A stretch of 37,804 nt of DNA, from positions 1-37,804 of IMG/VR virus record IMGVR_UViG_3300021082_000065; one strand, written 5' to 3'. Origin of the DNA: a virus. Lineage: Duplodnaviria; Caudoviricetes. Positions 7,051-16,436 of the stretch are shown here, in pieces. The notes beneath the pieces were generated by a model. The model made no database searches, was not told the DNA's origin, and worked only from the letters and a program-made list of their open reading frames with translations. Numbering within the stretch: the stretch's first letter is position 1; each line of letters begins with the position of its first letter. Made by a program: the position numbers and the translations under genes.

Positions 7051-7654
7051 CGCTCTGCTTCTGGAGCTGAGCGTCGACGAGGCGCTGCTGTTCGGTCCGC
7101 TCCGCGAGCGCCTGCTCCAGCGCCGCGACCTTGGCTTCGGTGACGAGGAGCAGGTCCTTGGAGTCCTGGGGAGCTGATTCGAGCTCGGCGTTGCGGCGCA
7201 AGGCGAGGAGGAGGAGGTGCTTACCATCGAGGTCGGCTTGCATCGACGCGGTGAGGGTCGAGTTGACCAGGCTGTGGATGATCCTCTGGCCGTCGTCGAT
7301 CACCTTGAGCTGATCGGTGACGGTCCGGGTGTTGGCGGCGAGGACAGCGGCGGCGGCGGCCTGCTGTCTGGCGAGGAGGGCTTGAGATTCGAGGAGCCTG
7401 GCGGCGGCCGTCTCGGCCCGTTCGGCGACGAGATCCTGCCGGTCCCAGTCCTGCTGCTTCTCGGCGCGGCGATCCTCGGCTTCCTGGGCGCGTGCCGCCT
7501 GGGCGTCGACCTTCTCCTTGGCGGCTTGCATGGTTGCCCGTTCGATGGCTTGAGCCTGGGTTTGGCCTTTCACCCAGCCCATGACGAGCGGGGCCAGGAT
7601 CGACACGATGACCGCGACGATGATGGCGCCGAGCACACCGGGATCGGCGATCAT
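7028..7654 (-). CDS. N-terminal TM plus coiled-coil protein (lysis-cassette accessory)
   Basis: MIADPGVLGAIIVAVIVSILAPLV followed by a long Ala/Gln/Glu helical region; lies between lysins and holin. Confidence 0.7.
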   Translation of the reverse strand: MIADPGVLGAIIVAVIVSILAPLVMGWVKGQTQAQAIERATMQAAKEKVDAQAARAQEAEDRRAEKQQDWDRQDLVAERAETAAARLLESQALLARQQAAAAAVLAANTRTVTDQLKVIDDGQRIIHSLVNSTLTASMQADLDGKHLLLLALRRNAELESAPQDSKDLLLVTEAKVAALEQALAERTEQQRLVDAQLQKQSDDRASTV

Positions 7655-7740
7655 CGCCAGCGGCTCTCGTCGGTCGGGTTCCACCAGCGGGCCCCCGACT
7701 GGATCCAGGCGCACAGGCGATGCCACAGGCTCCAGACCAT
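7651..7740 (-). CDS. 29-aa Trp-rich peptide
   Basis: MVWSLWHRLCAWIQSGARWWNPTDESRWR; TGATG and ATGA overlaps fill the gap exactly. Confidence 0.5.
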   Translation of the reverse strand: MVWSLWHRLCAWIQSGARWWNPTDESRWR

Positions 7741-8462
7741 CAGGCGGCCCAGGGGCAGGGGTAGCCGAACAGGCAGGTGTGGGCGGCGTCGACCGGGGCG
7801 GGATGCTGCCCCCAGTCGGGTCGCACGATGTCGTTCTGGTCGTACAGGCCGGGCGCGAACTGCGGGTAGCTCTTCTCGGCCCGCTGGACGATGTGGGCGT
7901 TGGGCGACACGCCGGGCACCGGGCCCCACGAGGTGGCCGCCGTCTGCCACCCGACCCGCACCAGCCCTCGGGCCAGGCACTCGTCGATGATGTGACGGGC
8001 CCCGTAGATGCCCTGGGGGCCGCAGCCGCCACCGTCGTTGAAGCCGCGCATGTACTCGAGGGCGCCGGGGGCCTGGGCCATCGTGTAGCCGACGTCGAGC
8101 GACTGGATGATCGGCCGCTCGTCGGGGTGGCCGAGCGCGCGGGCCTGACGGCGCGCTTCGGCACCATGCTGCACGCCGAGGATGAACCCGCCGAGCGCTG
8201 AGCCCTTCTGGTACTCCCAGTTGAGCACGATCGACAGGCCGGCCGCGAGGATGCGGTCGTACTCGGCGCGGTGGATCACCTTCCAGTCCTGGTCGGGGAG
8301 CGACAGGTAGCGGGACACGCCAACGATCCCGGCCTGACGCATCTGGAGGTGCTGGGCGTCGGTCGGTCGCCAGCCGGAGTAGTCGAGCACCCGCGGTGGG
8401 GCGGCGGTGGTCGCCTGGACGACCCCGAGCTGGTAGCCGATCCGGCGTAGGCGGCCGGCCAT
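7740..8462 (-). CDS. Endolysin 2: DUF1906/Rv2525c-like (GH25-related) peptidoglycan glycoside hydrolase
   Basis: VLDYS...GVSRYLS...GLSIVLNWE...GIYG...WQTAATSW...DQN motifs. Confidence 0.85.
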   Translation of the reverse strand: MAGRLRRIGYQLGVVQATTAAPPRVLDYSGWRPTDAQHLQMRQAGIVGVSRYLSLPDQDWKVIHRAEYDRILAAGLSIVLNWEYQKGSALGGFILGVQHGAEARRQARALGHPDERPIIQSLDVGYTMAQAPGALEYMRGFNDGGGCGPQGIYGARHIIDECLARGLVRVGWQTAATSWGPVPGVSPNAHIVQRAEKSYPQFAPGLYDQNDIVRPDWGQHPAPVDAAHTCLFGYPCPWAA

Positions 8463-9346
8463 CAGGCGGCTAGGCGGGCTGCCATCGCGTCGAGGGTGGC
8501 CTTGGCGATGGCTTCGGCGTCGACCGTGACGGTGGCGTCGGCGAGCGCTTCACCGATGGCGGCTACCAGAGCGGTCCGCAGGGCGTCGAGGCCGAAGCTG
8601 GTTTCGAGCTCGGCGCGCACGCCGGCCTTGATGGTGTCGACCATCTGCTGACCGAACGCGACGCCGCGGATGTCGACGAAGTAGGCGTCAAACAGGGTCT
8701 TGAACTTGGTATCAAGATAGGTCTTGTCTTCCGGGGTCATGAAGTCATCTCCTGGGGGTGGTGGGGGGACGGCGACGTCGGAGCGGAAGGCGGCCATGTC
8801 CCAACGGCCTCCGCCAGGGGACCAGCGCGACGGCCCCGAAGGGTCGTTCTTGCGGGCCGGCGCCCACTCGAAGTGGGAGATGACCGAGCCCGGACCGAAG
8901 CCGAAGCGGGCGCCGTAGACGGCGACGAGGGTGCGGCAGAGCCACAGGATCGTGTTCTGCTGGGGCGCCGGGTACGGCTCGCCGACCCCGTTGTTACCCA
9001 TCTCGATGCCGATGAGCTGGAAGTTGCCCTGGTTGAGGGGGACGCCGGCGATGGGACCGCCCAAGCCTTGGGTGTTGGTGGCGCCGGCCGCCATGATCCA
9101 CACCTCGCCCTTGCGGCCGACGTGGAGGGCGGCGTTGGGCCGGTCGGCGTCGACGAAGCACTGGAAGTTGACCGAGGCGGTGTCGGAGCTGCCACCGGCG
9201 TCGTGGTGGATGACGACCCCGCGGACAGCGTCGTAGCCGCCGTGGCTGTTGGAGCGGTTCTCCCAGCCGCCCACCAGGTTGATCGGTCCTGGCGGTCCGG
9301 CGGCACGCAGCACCTGCTCAAGGTCTCGAATCCACCACGCACCCAC
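8462..9346 (-). CDS. Endolysin 1: N-acetylmuramoyl-L-alanine amidase (Amidase_2)
   Basis: VVIHHDAG, IGIEMGN and SHFEWAPARKNDP zinc-amidase motifs; helical C-terminal tail. Confidence 0.88.
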   Translation of the reverse strand: MGAWWIRDLEQVLRAAGPPGPINLVGGWENRSNSHGGYDAVRGVVIHHDAGGSSDTASVNFQCFVDADRPNAALHVGRKGEVWIMAAGATNTQGLGGPIAGVPLNQGNFQLIGIEMGNNGVGEPYPAPQQNTILWLCRTLVAVYGARFGFGPGSVISHFEWAPARKNDPSGPSRWSPGGGRWDMAAFRSDVAVPPPPPGDDFMTPEDKTYLDTKFKTLFDAYFVDIRGVAFGQQMVDTIKAGVRAELETSFGLDALRTALVAAIGEALADATVTVDAEAIAKATLDAMAARLAA

Positions 9347-9353
9347 GCCCCCG

Positions 9354-9377
9354 ATGGTGGGGTTTCGCCGTTGACCT
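9354..9377 (-). promoter_or_regulatory. Putative late promoter (lysin block), leaderless
   Basis: AGGTCAAC-N10-CACCAT, then 7 nt to GTG. Confidence 0.72.
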
Positions 9378-9379
9378 GC

Positions 9380-9940
9380 TCAGACGACGTCGATGGGCAT
9401 GACCATCAGCCAGGAGTCGGCGACGACCGGGTGCTCGGCGCCGAAGGTGGCGTCGTCCAGGTCGACCATCACCCACATGGCGAAGCTGTGCTCCCCGCGG
9501 GTGAGGCCGGTGACCTGGAACGAGAACTGCTGGTTCCAACGCGATGCGTTGCCGACGTTGCGGAACAGACGGTAGGCGAAGGTGCCGACGTCGTCGGGGT
9601 GGCCGCCGTCGATGCCGATGCCGAAGCGGCCACCGGCGGAGAGCAGCGCCGTGGGTCCGGTGCCGAACCGGTCGACGGTCACGCCGGTGGTGACGATGAC
9701 CTGGGTGCCGGTTCGTGTCGTGAGGGTTGGCAGGTTCACCGCCGTAGGGTCCGGGTCGGACGGGATCGGGACTCCATCGTCGACCCATGTGGCCCAGGTC
9801 TGCACGACCATGGAGCGGTCCTGTGAGGCGAAGCCGATGGAGGCCAGGCCGAACCGTGGGGCCGTCTCCAGGTTGCGGATGCGACGGTCGATGTCAGCAG
9901 CTGCGTCGGCGAGGGTGGAGCGCTGCGCCACGAAGGGCAT
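9380..9940 (-). CDS. Minor tail protein, paralogue B
   Basis: MPFVAQRSTLADAAADIDRRIRNLETA coiled start typical of actinophage minor tail proteins; start re-called. Confidence 0.72.
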   Translation of the reverse strand: MPFVAQRSTLADAAADIDRRIRNLETAPRFGLASIGFASQDRSMVVQTWATWVDDGVPIPSDPDPTAVNLPTLTTRTGTQVIVTTGVTVDRFGTGPTALLSAGGRFGIGIDGGHPDDVGTFAYRLFRNVGNASRWNQQFSFQVTGLTRGEHSFAMWVMVDLDDATFGAEHPVVADSWLMVMPIDVV

Positions 9941-10494
9941 CAGACGACGTCCAGCGGGGTGACCATGATCCAGGCGTCGTCGAACACCGGGTCGACGCTT
10001 CCCGCCCCGTCGTAGGTGGCCCAGCACCAGACCTGGAACGTGTGCACGCCCGGCTCGAGCGCCTCGCCCCAGCCGGGCGCGGTGCCGCCGAAGGTGACGG
10101 CGAAGGCCATCGGGAGGTACAGGTTGTTGCTGTCGAAGTAGAACTGCCGCAGGTTCTGGGTGAAGGTGGGCGTGTCGTCGGGGTTGAGTCCGTCGAGCCC
10201 GAACCCGAACAGCCCCTGCTTGGCCTTGAACGTCGACGCGGAGCCGAACTGAGTGGCCAGGACCCCCACCTGGATGATGCAGCGCCTGCCGGTGACGAGG
10301 GTGATCGACGGGAACGTGGTGACGCCGTCGGTCTTGAACCAGGCGTCGTAGGTGGGGACGGCGATGCCGTCGTTCTGGAAGGCGAAGGCGATGCGGCTGA
10401 GCCCGTTGCGAGCGGTGGCTTCCAGGTTGCGCAGCCGCCGGTCCATGTCGGCCAGGTCACCGGCCAGGGTGGAGCGCTGCGGGACGTGGGGCAT
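9940..10494 (-). CDS. Minor tail protein, paralogue A
   Basis: MPHVPQRSTLAGDLADMDRRLRNLEATA...WIMVTPLDVV. Confidence 0.72.
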   Translation of the reverse strand: MPHVPQRSTLAGDLADMDRRLRNLEATARNGLSRIAFAFQNDGIAVPTYDAWFKTDGVTTFPSITLVTGRRCIIQVGVLATQFGSASTFKAKQGLFGFGLDGLNPDDTPTFTQNLRQFYFDSNNLYLPMAFAVTFGGTAPGWGEALEPGVHTFQVWCWATYDGAGSVDPVFDDAWIMVTPLDVV

Positions 10495-11606
10495 CAGATC
10501 TCCGCGAAGGTGAGCGTGGCGGTGTCGCCTGCTTCGCCGGGGCGGATCGTGGCGGCCACGATGCGGCGCACCACGTCGAGACCGGCGGAGCCATCGGCCT
10601 GCGCGGGGAACAGGTCGTCGTCCTCGATGCGGATGCGGGCCTGGTCACCGACGATCCACGACCCGACGGAGGGTTCTGCGCCGGCCTGCACGGTGACGGT
10701 GGGGGCGACGGTGGGCAGGCCGTAGGCGTCCACCTCGGCCTGGGCGTGGCCGGCCAGGGTGGAGGCCACGGAGACGTCCTTGAGGGAGAGCACGGAGCTG
10801 AGGCGGGGGTAGCCGAGGTCGATCAGGTCGGTGCGGGCAGCGACGGTGGTGAGCATGTCGATGCCGTCGCCGGCGCCCAACGCGATGACCCGGTTCGCGG
10901 TGCGGGCCCCGTCTTCGGGCCAGTCGTAGGTGAGGATGTTGCGACCGGTCTCGAACACGTGGCCGGTGTCGGCCAGCGCGCGGCCACGGCTCGGGTAGTG
11001 CAGCGACAGGGTCTTGGTGGGGAAGCCGGAGGAGTACCCGACGTCGACCGCGAAGTCGAAGCCGTCCGCCACCGCAGCCAGCTGCGAGATGGCTTCGCCC
11101 AGGTTCTTGGCTTCGTAGCCGTAGTAGGTGCGGTCCCTGGTGACCCCGGAGTCACCTGCGGTGACGGCCAGCGCGATGTTGCCGCCGCCCTGGGCCTGGA
11201 GCCAGTCGACCAGCGCGCGCACGATGTCGAACTGGTCGTCGACCCCAACGGTGAAGGTGAAGGTGGTCTCGATGGTCTGACGGTTGAGGAACGAGAAGAA
11301 GTCGGCGCCGGCAAGGGTGATGGTGCCGTTCTCCGAGGATCGGCCCCGGCCGATGATCCACCCGCCCCACACCAGCACGCCGTCACGCTCGACGTAGAGG
11401 GCGGTCTGCAGGGGCTCGGTGGCGCCAAGGTAGATGCGGTTGAGGCTGACCCCGCTCCGGGTGCGGAACCCGGTGGGCATGGTGGCCGAGAAGGCGCCGG
11501 CTCCGTTGAGGCGCAGCTCGAAGGACACGTCACGCAGTGGCAGCTCCTCGAGCAGGATGCCGGTGAGCAGGTCGTAGGCCAGATACCGATAGACCGGGAC
11601 GGGCAT
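10494..11606 (-). CDS. Minor tail protein (baseplate hub/Tal-like)
   Basis: YRYLAYDLLTG...LNGAG...VERDGVLVWGG...GDQARIRI; position in the tail module. Confidence 0.8.
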   Translation of the reverse strand: MPVPVYRYLAYDLLTGILLEELPLRDVSFELRLNGAGAFSATMPTGFRTRSGVSLNRIYLGATEPLQTALYVERDGVLVWGGWIIGRGRSSENGTITLAGADFFSFLNRQTIETTFTFTVGVDDQFDIVRALVDWLQAQGGGNIALAVTAGDSGVTRDRTYYGYEAKNLGEAISQLAAVADGFDFAVDVGYSSGFPTKTLSLHYPSRGRALADTGHVFETGRNILTYDWPEDGARTANRVIALGAGDGIDMLTTVAARTDLIDLGYPRLSSVLSLKDVSVASTLAGHAQAEVDAYGLPTVAPTVTVQAGAEPSVGSWIVGDQARIRIEDDDLFPAQADGSAGLDVVRRIVAATIRPGEAGDTATLTFAEI

Positions 11607-12676
11607 CAGACCCCGATGTCTTCGACCAGGATGTACGCGGGGTAGATCACGTCGGCGAGAATCGACATGGTCGCGATGGAGGCCCCCCGCAGCTTGTAGG
11701 TGACCGATCCGGCACCCGGCACCAGGATCACCGCTGGCTGGTGGACGTTGAACCCGTTGAGGGTTCCTACAAGGCTGGAGATCTGGATCTTGACGTTGGC
11801 CCCGGTGGTGATGTAGATCTCCTGGGTGTCGGACGCGGTGGTGAGCTGCTGGGTTCGCATGTAGCCGCTGATCCTGTAGCGGCGGCCGGCGAGCGCGGTG
11901 AAGGTGATGGTGAGGCCGGTGATGTCGACCTCAGTGCTGATCCCGGTCTGGTTGGCCACGACCTGGGCGTAGCGACCCTGTGCCCCGGCGGCCACGTTGT
12001 CGGGCGGCAGGAAGTTCGCTCCATCATGGGTGAGGGCCTGGTCGGTGTCGGTCTCGTAGATCTCCAGACCGTCGAAGAGCGCGGCGCCGGTCGGTCGCGT
12101 GGTCGAGGTGACGATCGCCCGCCCACCGACCGTGTAGGCCCGTCTGCGGAGGTCGGTGATGTTGCCTGTGACGATCGAGGTCACGCTGGTGCCGACGCGG
12201 ACGCGGGCCAGCGCGATGCAGTTGACCGGCAAGGTCGGGTCGGCCGGAACCGCGGCGGGGGTTCCGGCGACCACGAAGAGCCGGGCGTCGTTGCTGGCGC
12301 CCGAGTAGCCGCCGCCGGCGTCACGCACCTGGGCCACGATGATGTCGTCACGCGGGTTGGAGCCGTTGGCGGTGCCGATGGCCAGGTTCACGGTGGCGTC
12401 GTTATGGAAGGCGTAGATGCCCTGGTCGGCCGCTTCGGAGCCTCGCACGAAGGCCAGGCCGGACGAGACGTTGACGGTCATGTTGGGCGTCCCGTTGGCC
12501 GTCACCACCAAGTCGGCGGCTCCGGCGACACCGTTGCCGCCGCCACCGGTGGTCACCACCGCGGTCGGGGTGTGCGACGCGACGGGTGAGCCGAAGAGCG
12601 CCTGGACGAGGTGGCGGAACACCTTGGCCGGGTGGGCGTCGGACTGGAGGACGAACGGGGGGTCTTCGACGGTCAT
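11606..12676 (-). CDS. Minor tail protein (receptor-binding candidate)
   Basis: GTPNMTVNVSSG, NPRDDIIVAQV, LARVRV...ITDLR and GLEIYETDT motifs; start re-called at MTVEDPP. Confidence 0.8.
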   Translation of the reverse strand: MTVEDPPFVLQSDAHPAKVFRHLVQALFGSPVASHTPTAVVTTGGGGNGVAGAADLVVTANGTPNMTVNVSSGLAFVRGSEAADQGIYAFHNDATVNLAIGTANGSNPRDDIIVAQVRDAGGGYSGASNDARLFVVAGTPAAVPADPTLPVNCIALARVRVGTSVTSIVTGNITDLRRRAYTVGGRAIVTSTTRPTGAALFDGLEIYETDTDQALTHDGANFLPPDNVAAGAQGRYAQVVANQTGISTEVDITGLTITFTALAGRRYRISGYMRTQQLTTASDTQEIYITTGANVKIQISSLVGTLNGFNVHQPAVILVPGAGSVTYKLRGASIATMSILADVIYPAYILVEDIGV

Positions 12677-12684
12677 GGTCGCTC

Positions 12685-13527
12685 CTAGATGTAGGCGGCT
12701 CGATAGGCGAGCGAGAGGGTTCCGGTGCCGGACGAGGTGCGGAAGGCCAGGAGGTTGGCGCCGGGCGTGAGGTCGAACCACCTGCTGGTCGACGAGAGGA
12801 ACGAGTAGCGCGACGTCGTGCCGTTGAGCAGGATGGTGCGGGCGTCGGAGTCGACCACCAGCGTCTCACCGGCGTTGACAGTGCCGACCAGGGCGATCTG
12901 GCGGCCTTGGCCGACATGCTCGAAGATCGGGTTGGTGAGAGGTCCGGTCATCGTCGCCACCCAGGGGACCGGGATGGTGCCGGCGACGGTGGCGGTGGCG
13001 GTGCCACCGGAGACCGCGCCGCCGAAGGTGAAGTCGGCGGTGGCGTTGAACGTGAGCCCGCCGCCACCGCCGGCAAGGCTGATCGGAAGGGTCTGCGCAG
13101 CAGCGATGTACAGCCTCGGGTCCATCGCCTTGAACGTGCAGCGGGCCCTGATCACGCCTCCTCGGACCTGCTTGTCGAGCGCCACCTCGACGCCGCGGGG
13201 CCGGCCGTAGAGCCGGTAGGCGACGGCGCCGGTCACCTCGATGTCGAGGGTGGTGTCGGCGTCGACGGCGCTGAACGCCACGGTGAGCTGGTGCAGCGCC
13301 GTCTCGGCGTCTTCTTCGATGGCTGCGTTGACGTGGACCTCGAGCACGACGGTGCGAGCGGCCAGGAGGTCCTGGCCGGCGACCTCGCCGTGACGGGCGG
13401 GGCGGTAGTAGTCGACGGTGCGGATCTCCGGCACCCCGAACAGGTCCGGCATGATGGCCCACGGGTAGGTGGTGCCCTTGCCGACGACCAGGCCGGTGGT
13501 GCCGATGGTGGCGGTCCAGGCGCTCAT
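12685..13527 (-). CDS. Distal tail protein (Dit-like)
   Basis: Immediately after the tape measure gene; FKAMDPRLY, GPLTNP and WFDLTPGAN motifs. Confidence 0.82.
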   Translation of the reverse strand: MSAWTATIGTTGLVVGKGTTYPWAIMPDLFGVPEIRTVDYYRPARHGEVAGQDLLAARTVVLEVHVNAAIEEDAETALHQLTVAFSAVDADTTLDIEVTGAVAYRLYGRPRGVEVALDKQVRGGVIRARCTFKAMDPRLYIAAAQTLPISLAGGGGGLTFNATADFTFGGAVSGGTATATVAGTIPVPWVATMTGPLTNPIFEHVGQGRQIALVGTVNAGETLVVDSDARTILLNGTTSRYSFLSSTSRWFDLTPGANLLAFRTSSGTGTLSLAYRAAYI

Positions 13528-15266
13528 GCCGAGTTCCTGGCCTTCCACCAGTAGCGGTCGATGGCGTCGGTGACATCGGCGGCCTGGCCCCGGTCACCGA
13601 CGTTGAGCACGCCGATCGACAGACCGCCCTGGGTCCCTGCGCCCTGGCGGGCCGTCTCGCCGGCGTTGGTCACCGAGCCCCGCCCGTGGGCGTCGATGGA
13701 GAGGATCTCCGGTCCGGCTTCGCCGACCATGTAGGTGCCGGGGTTGACCGGTCCACCAGTGGCCAGCTTCTGATAACCAACAGTGTTGACGGTGATCGTC
13801 GAGGTTCGGTTGCGGGCCAGGGAAGCGAGCCGCTCCTCGACATATGGGACGTTCTGGTCGGCGGCCCTGATCGTCGCCGCTCGGGCTGCGGCCACGTTCT
13901 CCAACGCTGTCCGGGCCTCGGCCAGCTTGCCCTGGTCGATGAGCGCCAGGATGTCCGAGGTCTTCTTCGGGGGGATGTTCCCCACCTCGGCGGCGTAGTC
14001 GATGACCTTCTGCTTGAGGTCGATGACCGCCTTCTGGCTGTCGCGCACGGCCTGCTTCGCGTCGTCGGCCCCGGCGGCGGTCTTGTCCCAAGCCTCCTTC
14101 GCCCTCCGGCCCACCTCGTCGAACTGGTCCTGGAGGTTGAGGATCGCCTCGTCTCCGGCCAGGTTGCCCTTGAGCGCGTCGTAGGCGGCCGAGATCACAT
14201 CCATGGCGTCCGCGCCCGCCTCGCCGGCCGGTGGGAACTGGTCGGACCAGCGCTGGACGGCGCCGACCGCCTCGGAGAACACGTTGCGGTGGATGTCGCC
14301 GAAGCCCTTGGCCTTGTCGCCACCCATGCCGATGATGTCGAGATAGTCCTTCCATGCGTGCTTGGCCCGCTCCACCGGGTCGAGGACCTCCCGCGCCGAG
14401 CGGACCACCGTGTCCAGGAACCCGCCCGTGCTGGCGTTCACCTGCTTGCCCAGGTCGATGAACCCGGTCAGGGAGTTGGTGGCGTCGGAGATGGCGGGCA
14501 CCAACGCCTCGCCGAAGGCGATCTGCAGGTCCTTGACCGCGTCGCCCAGGTTGTCCATGGCGGCCTGGTAGTCGCGGGCCTTGCGCACCTCGGCCTCGTC
14601 GATGATCTGGGCGTCGGAAACCTCGGACAGCTTCTTGGTCAAGGTGTCGGCGTCGGTGGAGATGATGTCGGACACCTCGGCGAAGCCGCGGCCGAACAGC
14701 TTGGCCGACTCGTTGGCCCGCTCGATCGGGTCCTTGATCCCCTGTACGTGCTTGATCACGTTGAGGAAGGTGGCTCCCAGGTCGATCGAGCCGTCCTTCG
14801 CGGTGACGACCAGGTCACCGAAGGCCTTGCGGTTGGTGTCGATGGCCCGCTCCATCTTCCCGAAGGCGGTCTGGATGGTGCCGGCCGAAACGCCCACGTC
14901 GTCGGCCACCGCGATCCACTTCGAGCTCAGGTCGAGGGAGAGGCCGGTGGCGTCACGAAACTTGTCGGCGGCCAGGGCGGTCTTCTCGAACTCGCCGATC
15001 GACTTCAGCGCGAAGACGCCGATGGCCGCTCCGGCCGCCAGCGCGGCGCCGGGCAGGGCGGTGGCGATCATCGAGCCGGCCTTGGCCCCCGACAGGCCCA
15101 CCTTGTCCAGCGCCCCGGTGAGCATCGGAGACTTGGCCGCGGCCTTCTCGAAGGCATCACCGAAGCGGGCCGACAGCCCGCTGGCCTTGGTGCCCAGGTC
15201 GTCGATGCCCTTCCCGGCCTTGTCGGTCTTGGCGGTGACCTCGACGTAGGCGTCGGCGATCTTCAT
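13524..15266 (-). CDS. Tape measure protein (580 aa, short tail)
   Basis: IADAYVEV start, Ala-rich helical body, C-terminal LATGGPV...VGEAGPE. Confidence 0.9.
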   Translation of the reverse strand: MKIADAYVEVTAKTDKAGKGIDDLGTKASGLSARFGDAFEKAAAKSPMLTGALDKVGLSGAKAGSMIATALPGAALAAGAAIGVFALKSIGEFEKTALAADKFRDATGLSLDLSSKWIAVADDVGVSAGTIQTAFGKMERAIDTNRKAFGDLVVTAKDGSIDLGATFLNVIKHVQGIKDPIERANESAKLFGRGFAEVSDIISTDADTLTKKLSEVSDAQIIDEAEVRKARDYQAAMDNLGDAVKDLQIAFGEALVPAISDATNSLTGFIDLGKQVNASTGGFLDTVVRSAREVLDPVERAKHAWKDYLDIIGMGGDKAKGFGDIHRNVFSEAVGAVQRWSDQFPPAGEAGADAMDVISAAYDALKGNLAGDEAILNLQDQFDEVGRRAKEAWDKTAAGADDAKQAVRDSQKAVIDLKQKVIDYAAEVGNIPPKKTSDILALIDQGKLAEARTALENVAAARAATIRAADQNVPYVEERLASLARNRTSTITVNTVGYQKLATGGPVNPGTYMVGEAGPEILSIDAHGRGSVTNAGETARQGAGTQGGLSIGVLNVGDRGQAADVTDAIDRYWWKARNSA

Positions 15267-15532
15267 CAGCCGACCTCGGCGTCCATGTCGGCCAGCAGCT
15301 CCAGGTTCATGGACCGGCGCTCCTCGATGGCGGCCGGGTCACCGAGGAGGGCGTTGACCCGCACCTTTCCCTCCTCGGTGAGCAGGCTCACGAGGCGGTA
15401 GTAGATGAACGGGAAGGCGCGCCGGGCTGGCATCAGCTCGAGCGGCTCTTGCCAGCCGTACGCTTCTTGGAGGTGGGACCAGTTGTGGACCGCCCAGATG
15501 CAGAGCTGCCGGGCGGCTTCGTAGGGTTTCCC
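15266..15532 (-). CDS. Tail assembly chaperone, -1 frame extension (GT-type)
   Basis: The -1 frame is open from the slippery site: KPYEAARQLCIWAVHNW...MPARRAFPFIYY...DAEVG; its stop overlaps the TMP start (TGATG). Confidence 0.78.
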   Translation of the reverse strand, partial: GKPYEAARQLCIWAVHNWSHLQEAYGWQEPLELMPARRAFPFIYYRLVSLLTEEGKVRVNALLGDPAAIEERRSMNLELLADMDAEVG

Positions 15533-15846
15533 GTGATCTGCTCGACCAGCCAGTCGCCCAGCTCGACGACGATCCCGCCCTGCGTCGCCGGGATGGCGCG
15601 CAGGGCGGTGCGGAACCGTGGCCGGTCCTCGTCGGGGAGCATCCGCTCGATGAAGTGCGCGAGGGCGAACACCGCCTCACCGTTGGTGGTGGGGGTGATC
15701 TCCGGAGCGTCGTGCAGGTCGAGGGCGTCGCCCAGCGACGGCTCGGGGAGGGCGACGAACTTCTCGTCGCCGATGGTGAAGGTGACCGTCTCGCGGCGCG
15801 CCAAGGGGTAGCCACGCAGCGCCGCGTCGGCGTCGAAGTGCGCCAT
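15433..15846 (-). CDS. Tail assembly chaperone (G-type)
   Basis: Between major tail and TMP; ends ...ITGNPTKPPGSS. Confidence 0.82.
   Translation of the reverse strand: MAHFDADAALRGYPLARRETVTFTIGDEKFVALPEPSLGDALDLHDAPEITPTTNGEAVFALAHFIERMLPDEDRPRFRTALRAIPATQGGIVVELGDWLVEQITGNPTKPPGSSASGRSTTGPTSKKRTAGKSRSS
15526..15532 (-). other. Programmed -1 frameshift slippery site G GGA AAC
   Basis: X XXY YYZ heptamer in the correct phase near the 3' end of the chaperone gene. Confidence 0.82.
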
Positions 15847-15853
15847 GGCGGCG

Positions 15854-16414
15854 CTACGCGATCTGGCCGGCGGCGTTCGGGTAGACGATGACCGGCTTCG
15901 CGGTCGACGGCTTCTCGACGTTGAAGGTGACGGGGATCGCCGACTTGGCCGGCGCCTTGCGCACCGTCAGCGCAATGGTGCCCGACGGGGTGCACTGGCG
16001 GAACACCCAGCGCCGGTTGAGCGAGCCGGGGACGTCGAGCTTGTCCCACACGAACATGACCGCCACGATGGCGTCGGGGTCGGGGAACTCGAACGCCGTG
16101 CCGGTGTCGGTGGTCGCCGCGCCTGCGCCGAGGGCGAGGGCCAGGTGGGAGACGGTGGCCTCGACCATGGTGAACACCACCCGCGATGCCCGCTTGGTCA
16201 TCACGTAGCGGATCGGGTCGAGCTCCTCGGCGACCTCGATCGCCTCCGAGGTGAGCTCGGTCTCGATCGCGGTGCCCTCCTCGGTGTAGCCGACGACCTT
16301 CCACGCCGACGGCAGGGCCGCCGATGCGCTGGTCGGCTCGGCGGTGCCGAGAGGTGCGTAGTAGAGCCGGCCCGGTCCGAGCTGGACGTTGCCGGCTACG
16401 CCTCCTGCTGCCAT
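15854..16414 (-). CDS. Major tail (tube) protein
   Basis: GPGRLYYAPLGTAEP...VGYTEEG; position in the module. Confidence 0.88.
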   Translation of the reverse strand: MAAGGVAGNVQLGPGRLYYAPLGTAEPTSASAALPSAWKVVGYTEEGTAIETELTSEAIEVAEELDPIRYVMTKRASRVVFTMVEATVSHLALALGAGAATTDTGTAFEFPDPDAIVAVMFVWDKLDVPGSLNRRWVFRQCTPSGTIALTVRKAPAKSAIPVTFNVEKPSTAKPVIVYPNAAGQIA

Positions 16415-16436
16415 CTGTGGCCTTCTTCCTGCCGCT

